In this document: positions 6,978 through 15,104 of the stretch, piece after piece
Position numbering within the stretch: position 1 is the stretch's first letter
How the letters are laid out: every line of letters begins with the position of its first letter
Source of the DNA: a virus
Lineage: Duplodnaviria; Caudoviricetes
Direction: 5' to 3' (one strand)
IMG/VR virus record: IMGVR_UViG_3300002301_000053
Coordinates: 1-27,166 of that record
Length of the DNA: 27,166 bases
Translations under genes and position numbers: made by a program
Notes under the pieces: generated by a model
The model's input: only the letters and a program-made list of their open reading frames with translations
The model's database searches: none
Told to the model about the DNA's origin: nothing

Positions 6978-9119
6978 ATGAAGAATAAACAAGATTTAGC
7001 GGATATGTTTAAGAAACAGAGAGATCATGCGGTTCGCGGATTAGCGGTTCAGCGGGATAACACGCTTTTGTGTCAGAGTTTTTACAATGACTCTCAGTCC
7101 AACTATTCTGATTGGGTGCAATTCGCTGATGATAACGGACGCCGCCGCAGAGCGATGGTTTATTTTCAAAAAATTCCAGCCAACATCGACGCTGTTGTTG
7201 GCTTCATGGCGCAGAACAGGCGTCAGGCGAAATTCTTGGCACATGTAAACAGCGAGCAGAAACAGCAACTTTACGCCAAAAACATGAACTCGCTTTATAC
7301 TTATCATCGAGAAAATATGAATGCAGATCAATTAGAAAGTCGTCAGGATTTGGATTTAATCGTCAATGGTTACGGCGCAATTGATACGGATTTATCGTAT
7401 GTTATGGGACGTTCGACGAATGATCCTAACGGCGAAATCCTCAAGATGAATGTCGATCCGATGCGCGTCTATTGGGATAGTACAGCTCGATCACCAAACG
7501 TCACAGACGCAAGATATTCAGGTTATTATCAGGATTACAAACTCGAAGACGCATTGGACTTGTTTCAGGACAGCGAAGAGGATGATTTCGAGCCTGTGAG
7601 TGATAGCGCCGTGGAAGACCAAGCTGGCTACGTTTACAATCCTTGGGGGGGATTGTATGACAAAATTAAACTGGATAATTCGGTTGAGTGGAGCGCCAAG
7701 GAAGAAGATATGGTGCGCGTTTATAATCATCAATGGTTTCAATTCGAGACATTTTATCGCGCTAAAAATCCTCTCTATTCAATCAATGATCCAATGGATG
7801 CGCTTTACGCCAAGATGCGCCTTGACCTGATTGCAGCCGGAATAGATTATGAGGGGCCGGATGGATTGAATAGCAAAGATGATTTTGATTTTGATCCGAC
7901 CTCTCCGATTTTGACATTCGATGCAGCGACAAAAGCAAAACTCGTTAAAGAATTTGGTGAACAAATTCAGCCGATTTCATATAAGCGCAAAGTTTATTAT
8001 ACGATGGTAATTTCAGGAAAGCATGTATTTAGGTCGTTCAAAAACATTTCTCAGCGCGGGTTTTCGATCAAAATTAAAACTGGTCAATATAATCAGCGCG
8101 GAAAATACTGGATCGGCATGGTCAACGCCATGATTGAGCCGCAGAAATATTACAACAAAGCTCTCACAGAATTGATGTTTGCTATTGCGAGTAATTCCAA
8201 AGGCGGCGTTATGGTCGAGGAATCTGCCGTGGAAGATATAGCTGATTTTGAGAGCAAATGGGCCAAGACGGATGCAGTCGTGACAGTAGCGGATGGTACA
8301 CTTTCCACTGGACGCATTCAGGAAAAGACACGCCCTGCACTTCCAACTGGTTTAGAAAATGTGGTTACATTGGCCGATAGCGTTATACAAGCCAATGGTG
8401 TCGATCCGGCTTTTCAGGGACAGACCAATGCTCAGGAAACCGGCATTCTTTACAAGCGCCGCATTAAGCAAATTCTATCTAAATTCTGGTGGATTGCAGA
8501 TGCTTCGACGCTCTATCAAAAAGAAGATGCGCGATATTGTGCCGATCTTATCCGAGTGTGGGTCGAGATGAATGCAGGACAATGGATCAATATCACAGGG
8601 CACGAAGGTGCTCCGCAATTTGTGCAGATTTCACAGGACATGATGGCTCCTGATTATGATGTAACGTTACAGGAAGCGCCAATGACGCCGGAAGACAAAC
8701 AGGAAACAGCTGAATTTATAAGCGGTATTGGCGATAAATATATGCAGCTTCAGGATAAGATGAGTGCGGGTGCGCTTTATGTCCAGGCGATTAATATGCT
8801 TCCGCTCGATGGCGATGTGAAACAAAATCTTGCATCTGTTCTCACGCCGAATCAGCAAATGATCCCTGCGGCACAGGCTCAACAGGCTATTCAGGCATTA
8901 CAACAGAAATTGCAACAAGCTATGGGGATGCTGCCACAAGCCCAAGCTGCTAAACTGCAATCCGAAGCTACTCTCAACCAAGCTAGAGTTGGAGAAGTCC
9001 AAGCAACAGTGCATGAAAAGATTGCCGGAAGTGTCAAGGATTTCGAGATGGCTCAACAAACTGCTATCGAAAATAAACTTATCGGCAAGCATGGTGAACA
9101 AATTCGCGTCAACGCATAG
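6978..9119 (+). CDS. Portal protein (P22-like)
   Basis: About 713 aa directly after terL. WIGMVNAMIEPQKYYNK and ETGILYKRR motifs, and a Q/A-rich C-terminal barrel helix. Start ATG 6978 has a GAGG SD. Confidence 0.88.
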   Translation: MKNKQDLADMFKKQRDHAVRGLAVQRDNTLLCQSFYNDSQSNYSDWVQFADDNGRRRRAMVYFQKIPANIDAVVGFMAQNRRQAKFLAHVNSEQKQQLYAKNMNSLYTYHRENMNADQLESRQDLDLIVNGYGAIDTDLSYVMGRSTNDPNGEILKMNVDPMRVYWDSTARSPNVTDARYSGYYQDYKLEDALDLFQDSEEDDFEPVSDSAVEDQAGYVYNPWGGLYDKIKLDNSVEWSAKEEDMVRVYNHQWFQFETFYRAKNPLYSINDPMDALYAKMRLDLIAAGIDYEGPDGLNSKDDFDFDPTSPILTFDAATKAKLVKEFGEQIQPISYKRKVYYTMVISGKHVFRSFKNISQRGFSIKIKTGQYNQRGKYWIGMVNAMIEPQKYYNKALTELMFAIASNSKGGVMVEESAVEDIADFESKWAKTDAVVTVADGTLSTGRIQEKTRPALPTGLENVVTLADSVIQANGVDPAFQGQTNAQETGILYKRRIKQILSKFWWIADASTLYQKEDARYCADLIRVWVEMNAGQWINITGHEGAPQFVQISQDMMAPDYDVTLQEAPMTPEDKQETAEFISGIGDKYMQLQDKMSAGALYVQAINMLPLDGDVKQNLASVLTPNQQMIPAAQAQQAIQALQQKLQQAMGMLPQAQAAKLQSEATLNQARVGEVQATVHEKIAGSVKDFEMAQQTAIENKLIGKHGEQIRVNA

Positions 9120-9128
9120 GGGATAAAA

Positions 9129-10127
9129 ATGGGCCTCAAGGAAACTATCGAAGAGACACGTAAGCAACTTGAAACCATTACGGCAAAAGAGGCTGAAGAT
9201 GAAAAATCCGCTTTGGAGGAATTTAACAAGAATTTAACTGGCGATGACAAGCCAAAAGATGATGAGAAGCCCAAGCCTGATGTTTCTGAAACACCCAAAG
9301 AAGAAGATAAAAAAGAAGAACCCAAAGCCGAGGAAACAAAGAATGAAGACAAAAAGGCCGAAGAAAAGCTTAAAACGCCAGCGGAACACGCTGCTGAACG
9401 TGTAGCCAAGAAAAAAGAGCGCGATAGTGTTACGGAAGAATTAGCACGAGCGCGTGAACGTATCGCGGCTCTTGAGGCCACGGCGCAAAAGCCGATTGTA
9501 GAACAAAAGCCTGTTGCAACAGGTGAACCTGATGCGACCACGAATCCGCTTGGATGGGTTGTCTGGAAACAGCAGCAACTTGAACAGCAATTTGTTCCCG
9601 TCAATACGGAATTGAAAAATCTGAAAGAGGAAAAAGCCCAACAGAATTTGCGTCAATCCGCCTTTAATGAAATTGCAGTTTATGAAGATCATCTTCGTAA
9701 AACAGCTAAGGATTATGATGATGTGAAGAATTGGTATGGCGGCTTATTGATGGCGAGCATCAAATTCGTTAATCCGCGTATTACACAACCTCAGCTTATC
9801 GAGGCTGTTAATAATCGGTTGCTTACTCGTGCGGCTGAATTACAGGCCGAAGGTTATGAGAATCCTATTGAAGCCATGTATCTTGAAGCTAAAGGGTTAG
9901 GGTACCAACCCAAAGAAAAGGCCGAAGAGAAAAAAGAAGAACCTAAACCTGATTTCGATAAAGTTACTAAGTTGCAAAAGCGCAACGCTGGCACAGTAGG
10001 TTCTTCTGGTTCAGGAGGTGATCAAGCCGATGTTACTCCGGCAACGGCGGCTAAAATGACTAATCGGGAATGGATGAAACTCAAGCCGGAAGAAAAACGA
10101 CGCGTGTTTGAAAGGCTTAGAGGCTAA
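9129..10127 (+). CDS. Putative capsid scaffolding protein
   Basis: Lies between portal and capsid. E/K-rich disordered N-terminus, coiled coil, and C-terminal helix-turn-helix MTNREWMKLKPEEKRR. Confidence 0.75.
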   Translation: MGLKETIEETRKQLETITAKEAEDEKSALEEFNKNLTGDDKPKDDEKPKPDVSETPKEEDKKEEPKAEETKNEDKKAEEKLKTPAEHAAERVAKKKERDSVTEELARARERIAALEATAQKPIVEQKPVATGEPDATTNPLGWVVWKQQQLEQQFVPVNTELKNLKEEKAQQNLRQSAFNEIAVYEDHLRKTAKDYDDVKNWYGGLLMASIKFVNPRITQPQLIEAVNNRLLTRAAELQAEGYENPIEAMYLEAKGLGYQPKEKAEEKKEEPKPDFDKVTKLQKRNAGTVGSSGSGGDQADVTPATAAKMTNREWMKLKPEEKRRVFERLRG

Positions 10128-10141
10128 CTAAGGAGGGAAAA

Positions 10142-10342
10142 ATGACAGGTACTAAAAAAAGCGGGACATTCGAGGGAAAATCGAATAAGTTCGGACACGG
10201 TGGACGCGCAGCGCAACTAAAAGCAAAAGGCGTTCCAGAAGCAGTTATTGGTGAGATTGCACGAAAGAAAGGCGCAGCGCCGGGCCAAAAAAATTACCAT
10301 GGTGGTAAAAAGGCTTGGCACGGATCAGGAGGAAAGAAATGA
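10142..10342 (+). CDS. Small basic Gly/Lys-rich protein (66 aa)
   Basis: Strong AAGGAGG SD. ATGA overlap with the next small ORF. Confidence 0.7.
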   Translation: MTGTKKSGTFEGKSNKFGHGGRAAQLKAKGVPEAVIGEIARKKGAAPGQKNYHGGKKAWHGSGGKK

Positions 10343-10479
10343 GCAAACGTGAAAAAGAAGATAAAGCCGAGCATGAAGAAGGCGCAGAAAAGCACAAAGG
10401 GCCGCATAAGATTGATGGTGAATCGGCACCCAAAGGTTCGGCTTGGCACGGTCATGGTAAGCCGGGAAAAATGTGTTGA
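10339..10479 (+). CDS. Small His/Gly/charged protein (46 aa), not in ORF track
   Basis: MSKREKEDKAEHEEGAEKHKGPHKIDGESAPKGSAWHGHGKPGKMC. AGGAGG SD and ATGA coupling. Shares the AWHG motif with the upstream ORF. Confidence 0.65.
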   Translation: MSKREKEDKAEHEEGAEKHKGPHKIDGESAPKGSAWHGHGKPGKMC

Positions 10480-10504
10480 CACTCGAATTGATTTAGTATA
10501 AGCA
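10476..10504 (+). promoter_or_regulatory. Putative promoter for the capsid gene
   Basis: Perfect TTGACA at 10476-10481. -10 candidates are TATAAG (15-bp spacer) or TAAGCA (17-bp spacer). Confidence 0.45.
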
Positions 10505-10716
10505 TGTAAAAGTCGTCGCCGGACTTTAACCGCGCAGCAGTTCGCCGGAACTTAAAACACGAGAGCATCCGACAGTCCAGCGGCGTTTCGCCCTTCGTAA
10601 AGGGCCTATCTGCAAACGTGGTCGCTCACGGAAAAATGCAGGGGTGAGGCTACACCCTAAGATAATAACCTGACGCAGTTGAAAACTTCAAATTCAACTT
10701 TTGACAGGGAATTATC
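10505..10716 (+). ncRNA. Putative structured RNA / long 5' leader of the major capsid gene
   Basis: About 210 nt non-coding region packed with at least six hairpins, two with an identical GCCG-containing loop. Confidence 0.45.
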
Positions 10717-11850
10717 ATGGCCTCAACTACAATGACCTCCGCCAATGCCCTAACCCAAAAACTTTGGGCTACGGAAGATTGGGTAAATCCCGGCCAACGT
10801 GTAGCGTTCGGCCATATGTTTATGCGCGGCGCGGTATTTTACGTCGAGGATTTCCTTGGCAATACTGGGATGGCTCGCGGCGATCAGATTACATACGATT
10901 ATACCAATAAGCTTGTCGGTATTCCGATTGGCGAAGGCGGCACACTGGACGGCAACGAAGAAGCCCTGAATCTTGGCAACTTCCAGATGTCGATCAACGT
11001 CACCCGAATCGGCGTTCTCAATCCGAATGACGACACGATTGAGCAACAGCGTACCTTGGTCGATTTCCCGGAACGTACCCGGAAACTTATTCCGCAGCGT
11101 CATATGGAATTGCTGGATACGGCAGTTTTCTATCAGCTTGCCGGTTCCTATCCGACTTCATGGACGCAGAATGGCACGACTTGGAGCGGCTCAAATCGCC
11201 TCTTTGTCACCGGCCAGAATGTTCCCACGGCTCCTACGGCCAATCGTGTCGTATGGGCTGGCGGTGTATCAGCGGATGAAAGCCTGACCAGCTCCAACAC
11301 GTTCACGATGGATTTGATAGACTACGCCCTTGAATTGAACGATGCAGACCCGATTCAGCCGATCAAGATGCTGGCGGATGATACGTTTGATTTATTCGTG
11401 TCTCCTTACCAGTTGACCGATCTGAAACAGGATACTACTGGAAAAATTCAGTGGTATAGCATGGCGATTGCTCGTGCCACTGGCGGCGATTTTGAACAGA
11501 TTGATGGGGGGATGTTCGAGACAATGCCTTGTCTCGGCCAATATGGTCGCGTCAATATCTATTCGGCTCCTCGTGTGGCTTATGGACTGAACTCAAGTAC
11601 GAGTGCCGTTATTACCACAGTTCAGCGTGCGGTATTGGTTGGGAAAGATGCCTTGTCTTTCGGCAGTCCTTTCGGTGGCCGTCCTACGGATAGCGATGTT
11701 CCCTTGAAGTACTTTAGTCAGTTGAAGGACTACGAATACTATAAGGGTCTTGAAGGTCGCATGATTTACGGCCTCAAGAAAACTGTGGCGTCAAACTCGG
11801 AAGACATTGGCGTCATCGTGATTTCCACTTACGGCGCGGCTCACACCTAA
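10717..11850 (+). CDS. Major capsid protein (N4-gp56 / DUF4043-like)
   Basis: 377 aa after the scaffold. GDQITYD..L.G..I.EGGTLDGNEEAL, VSPYQLTDLK and RAVLVGKDAL motifs. Codon bias consistent with high expression. Confidence 0.88.
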   Translation: MASTTMTSANALTQKLWATEDWVNPGQRVAFGHMFMRGAVFYVEDFLGNTGMARGDQITYDYTNKLVGIPIGEGGTLDGNEEALNLGNFQMSINVTRIGVLNPNDDTIEQQRTLVDFPERTRKLIPQRHMELLDTAVFYQLAGSYPTSWTQNGTTWSGSNRLFVTGQNVPTAPTANRVVWAGGVSADESLTSSNTFTMDLIDYALELNDADPIQPIKMLADDTFDLFVSPYQLTDLKQDTTGKIQWYSMAIARATGGDFEQIDGGMFETMPCLGQYGRVNIYSAPRVAYGLNSSTSAVITTVQRAVLVGKDALSFGSPFGGRPTDSDVPLKYFSQLKDYEYYKGLEGRMIYGLKKTVASNSEDIGVIVISTYGAAHT

Positions 11851-11860
11851 GGAGTAACCA

Positions 11861-12349
11861 ATGACTGACACTTTTCCAGATATTGTTCCTGTTGGATTTC
11901 AGGGCGATTACACCGATTTTAATCATGTTAAATGCCAGAGAAGCGGTGATGTGCGGCGCACGGCAGGAGATGTTTCAATCCCGGCAGCAACGGCAACAGG
12001 TAAGATTATCGGTCTTTTCCCATTTAATTCCGGCATGAGTTTTGTCGGTCTTAGCGGATATAACTTCTACGTTGCCGATTTGGATATGGGTTCAACGGTA
12101 ACGATGAGTTTGGGTGTCCAGTATCAGAATACGGGACAGGGAACAACCAATCTTACCTTGATTGAAAGCGCCTCAACTGTTGCTCAATCGGCTGGCTACA
12201 TTCCGCCTACGGGAACAAGTTGGCAGGAATATGTGACGACTGGCAACGGATGGGTTGTCGCTTCGATCACGCTTGGCCCAACGACAACGACAGGATCAAT
12301 TACCTACAATGTACCGTTTGTTTATGATCAGCCATTGTTGGTGGCATAA
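11861..12349 (+). CDS. Putative capsid decoration / cement protein
   Basis: Beta-rich 162 aa ORF directly after the capsid gene, with strong AAGGAG SD. Function inferred from position. Confidence 0.55.
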   Translation: MTDTFPDIVPVGFQGDYTDFNHVKCQRSGDVRRTAGDVSIPAATATGKIIGLFPFNSGMSFVGLSGYNFYVADLDMGSTVTMSLGVQYQNTGQGTTNLTLIESASTVAQSAGYIPPTGTSWQEYVTTGNGWVVASITLGPTTTTGSITYNVPFVYDQPLLVA

Positions 12350-12352
12350 TGA

Positions 12353-13015
12353 ATGTCTTACACATTCAGCCAGTTAACATCTTATGTCAGTAAGAGGTTA
12401 ATCGACCCCAGCAATACCGCGGTAAGCACTTCGGATGTGCAGGAAGGCATCAATGATTCGATTGCCTATTGGAAGTTTAGGAGGTTCTGGTTCAATGAAG
12501 CGGCGGAAACAGTTGTTTTAACGGCGCAGAATCAAACCATTCCATTGCCGGATAATATACTGGTTCCTTCACTGCAAGACGATGGTTTCAACATTTTGTT
12601 TGGAGGAGTGAAATATCCGCTTGTAAAGGTCGATATAGCTACAATGGATAGTCTTTATCTCTCAAATGGATATGGACTTCCACGGTGGTACGCAAGAATG
12701 GCTAATCTCGAATATCAGGTTTATCCCATTCCCGATACGAATTATACGACCGATCTTTACATGCTGAATGACTATCCAGATTTGGTAGCTCCGACTGATA
12801 CGAACGATTTTACCAATAATGCCAAACGTCTTATCGCACTTTGGGCCTTGGCAAATCTGGTGTCGGAATTAAGGCAAGATACGCCGGGAACGGGAGATTA
12901 CTATAGACAGGCAGCACAAGACGAATACAGGAATCTTCGAGTGCTCACAAACAAGAAAAACGCAGCCGGGAAACTCACATTATATAGCCAGTTGAACAAC
13001 AGGGGGTTTAGATGA
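12353..13015 (+). CDS. Head-tail adaptor / tail tubular protein A-like
   Basis: 220 aa with N-terminal helices, FWFNE, GLPRWYA and VYPIPD..Y motifs typical of podophage adaptors. Syntenic position. Confidence 0.7.
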   Translation: MSYTFSQLTSYVSKRLIDPSNTAVSTSDVQEGINDSIAYWKFRRFWFNEAAETVVLTAQNQTIPLPDNILVPSLQDDGFNILFGGVKYPLVKVDIATMDSLYLSNGYGLPRWYARMANLEYQVYPIPDTNYTTDLYMLNDYPDLVAPTDTNDFTNNAKRLIALWALANLVSELRQDTPGTGDYYRQAAQDEYRNLRVLTNKKNAAGKLTLYSQLNNRGFR

Positions 13016-13581
13016 CGGTTCTTACTGAAGGCGAATATCTCAGGGCAACAGAGAATTTTGCCACGCCAGCGATTAACTTGGCCGGATCAACTTCTGGTTC
13101 AACCAAATTTGTAGCTTCCGCGACTGCTTCAGGTGTTTTGACGTTTCCGGCAACGACCGATACGATTGCCACGCTTGCCGGTACGCAAACATTTACCAAT
13201 AAGATCTTCACGGCTCCGACCATCAATGGTGGCACGATTAATCTTCCCGGTCGGAGCGTTGCAGCTAGTGTAACGGCTGCTGGAACGAGTTTGGCAACGG
13301 CTACTCTCTTAAATACAGATATAAATGTTATCGGTGCGGCGGCTTCGGGGACGGGAGTAGCTCTTCCGACTCCGGCAACCGGATTGGAAATTACGATTTT
13401 CAATACGGCCACGAACAATATCAAGGTTTATCCCAATTCTGCGGGTGGTACGATTGATGGTGGCGGTGCAGGATCAGCGGTAACGCTTACCACGGCTCTT
13501 CGGTGTACCTATTTTTGTACGGCAACTTCGACGACTGGTGGAACTTGGTTAAGCGCCCAACTCGGAGTGAAATCGGCATGA
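13012..13581 (+). CDS. Thr/Ala/Gly-rich minor virion (fibre/decoration) protein
   Basis: LAGTQTFTNK fibre motif and C-terminal VALPTP..IKVYP..GGTIDG module. Confidence 0.65.
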   Translation: MTVLTEGEYLRATENFATPAINLAGSTSGSTKFVASATASGVLTFPATTDTIATLAGTQTFTNKIFTAPTINGGTINLPGRSVAASVTAAGTSLATATLLNTDINVIGAAASGTGVALPTPATGLEITIFNTATNNIKVYPNSAGGTIDGGGAGSAVTLTTALRCTYFCTATSTTGGTWLSAQLGVKSA

Positions 13582-14225
13582 GTGTACGTCTTTATATTCA
13601 TGTTGCATCGGGACGCGATTGGAAATCAGCTTTTGGCAATAGCATGGTTGGGCTTACCTTCCATCTTGCTACACAACGGCTTGGTGGAAAACTAAGTCAT
13701 ATGCAGTTCAGCATTGCAGCACAGGCCGGTATAGCCCAGGCGCGTAAGGAAGATATGGACAAGGCCCTTGCAGGAGGGTTTACGCATTTCATGTCTTTGG
13801 ACGACGATATGGTTTTTCCAATGGACGTTGTTGACCGCCTGATTGCCCATGAAAAACCAATCATGGTCGCCAATTATTCCCGCAAAACAGCCGAAAATAC
13901 TCCGGTTTGTCTTGGCCTCGATGGAAAATACCTAGACAGTTCTACGAAAACCGGCATTGAGGAAATAGGTTTTCTTGGTTTAGGAATGGCGCTTCTTGAT
14001 CTCCGCGAAGTCGTAAAAATTCCAGCACCTCGTTTTGCTTTCGTATGGGATGAAGAACGCAAAGAAATGTGGGATGAGAGTACATTCTTCTCGATGAAAG
14101 CACGGGATGCTGGTGTTTCTATTTGGTGCGATCACGATCTTTCCAAGGAAATCGGGCATGTAGGCGATTTCGTTTATCAATTCAAAGACCTCACTCAGAC
14201 TTTCCAGCAAAAGGAAGCGGCATAG
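13578..14225 (+). CDS. GT-A fold glycosyltransferase (family 2-like)
   Basis: THFMSLDDDMVFP (DxD motif), GLGMALL and IWCDHDLSKEIGHVG. Start moved to ATG 13578 (ATGA overlap, GGAG SD). Confidence 0.78.
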   Translation: MSVRLYIHVASGRDWKSAFGNSMVGLTFHLATQRLGGKLSHMQFSIAAQAGIAQARKEDMDKALAGGFTHFMSLDDDMVFPMDVVDRLIAHEKPIMVANYSRKTAENTPVCLGLDGKYLDSSTKTGIEEIGFLGLGMALLDLREVVKIPAPRFAFVWDEERKEMWDESTFFSMKARDAGVSIWCDHDLSKEIGHVGDFVYQFKDLTQTFQQKEAA

Positions 14226-14240
14226 CCGATAGGGTGAATT

Positions 14241-15104
14241 ATGCCTACCGAAACTACAAATTTTGGTCTGTTGAAACCCTTAGTAAATAATGCAACAGAC
14301 TCCGATCTTTGGGGTGGGCAGCTTAATACTGATATGGATGATATCGACGGTCTGATTTTGACCGGTATGAACTTTGTCACATCCGCAGAAACAACTTCTT
14401 TCAATGTCATTGCCCCTACAGCTCAGAGTATAACAACTGGTAGCGCGAAAACGCTGTTTCTTTGCGATGCGACTTCCGGCGCTATCGTTGCTTCTTTACC
14501 TTCCGCCTCATCGGCAGGAAATGGATTTACGGTTGCTTTCAAGAAAATTGATGCTGGAGTTAATGCCGTTGTTCCTACCGTGGCTGGATCGGATACGATT
14601 GACGGTTCTTCGGTATTCACGATTTCAACACAATGGGGATGGGTTATCCTTGTTTCGGATGGGGCAAGCAAATGGAGCGTGATCTCCGATTTTGCCAGCA
14701 CCGCAGGATTGCCAACTCTTGCAGGTAATAATGCCTTCACAGGAACAAACGATTTTACGAGTGGAATTCTTAAAGCCGTTACTCAAACCTCTACGGATAA
14801 CAGTACGAAAGTAGCTACTACAGCTTTTTTTAATAGTCTTGCTCGCTCACTTGGTTCAAATGGCTATTATACTTTTCCCGGTGGATTGATAATTCAATGG
14901 GGAACAACGCTTGGTACTTCAAATCCAGAAACTTTCAGTTGGCCGATAGCTTTTCCCAATGCATGTTTCGCGGTTGGCTCTACTATTGCAGCGGCCTTTT
15001 CTAGCGCTGCGTTTGTGCAGGGATCACAGGTAACATCCACAACTGGAAAATTTTGGTATGGAAATAATCAAGAGCCAACTTTTTATATAGCTATAGGCCA
15101 TTAA
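14241..15104 (+). CDS. Tail fibre protein with gp53-like C-terminal domain
   Basis: N-terminal TTNFGLLKP..WGGQLN anchor, DNSTKVATTAF motif, and C-terminal NGYYTFPGGLIIQWG..WPIAFPNACF. Confidence 0.8.
   Translation: MPTETTNFGLLKPLVNNATDSDLWGGQLNTDMDDIDGLILTGMNFVTSAETTSFNVIAPTAQSITTGSAKTLFLCDATSGAIVASLPSASSAGNGFTVAFKKIDAGVNAVVPTVAGSDTIDGSSVFTISTQWGWVILVSDGASKWSVISDFASTAGLPTLAGNNAFTGTNDFTSGILKAVTQTSTDNSTKVATTAFFNSLARSLGSNGYYTFPGGLIIQWGTTLGTSNPETFSWPIAFPNACFAVGSTIAAAFSSAAFVQGSQVTSTTGKFWYGNNQEPTFYIAIGH

Noticed and set aside
9053-9604. 183 aa antisense ORF over the scaffold gene (similarly 13008..13424, 4431..4835, 10750..11103)
   Set aside because: Ser/Phe/Leu-rich mirror of E/K-rich or biased codons on the coding strand.
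10509-10556. Direct repeat TCGCCGGA..TTAA considered as a mini-CRISPR array
   Set aside because: Only two short units 26 bp apart, no spacer-length intervals and no cas genes. Better explained as RNA hairpins.
10575-10583. GTCCAGCGG shared between the capsid leader and 2428-2436, which would let the helicase-leader RNA pair with the capsid leader
   Set aside because: A 9-nt match between two regions of this size is plausible by chance, and there is no extended complementarity.
14860-15104. Tail-fibre C-terminus as a diversity-generating retroelement target
   Set aside because: No template repeat or reverse transcriptase is visible in the window.
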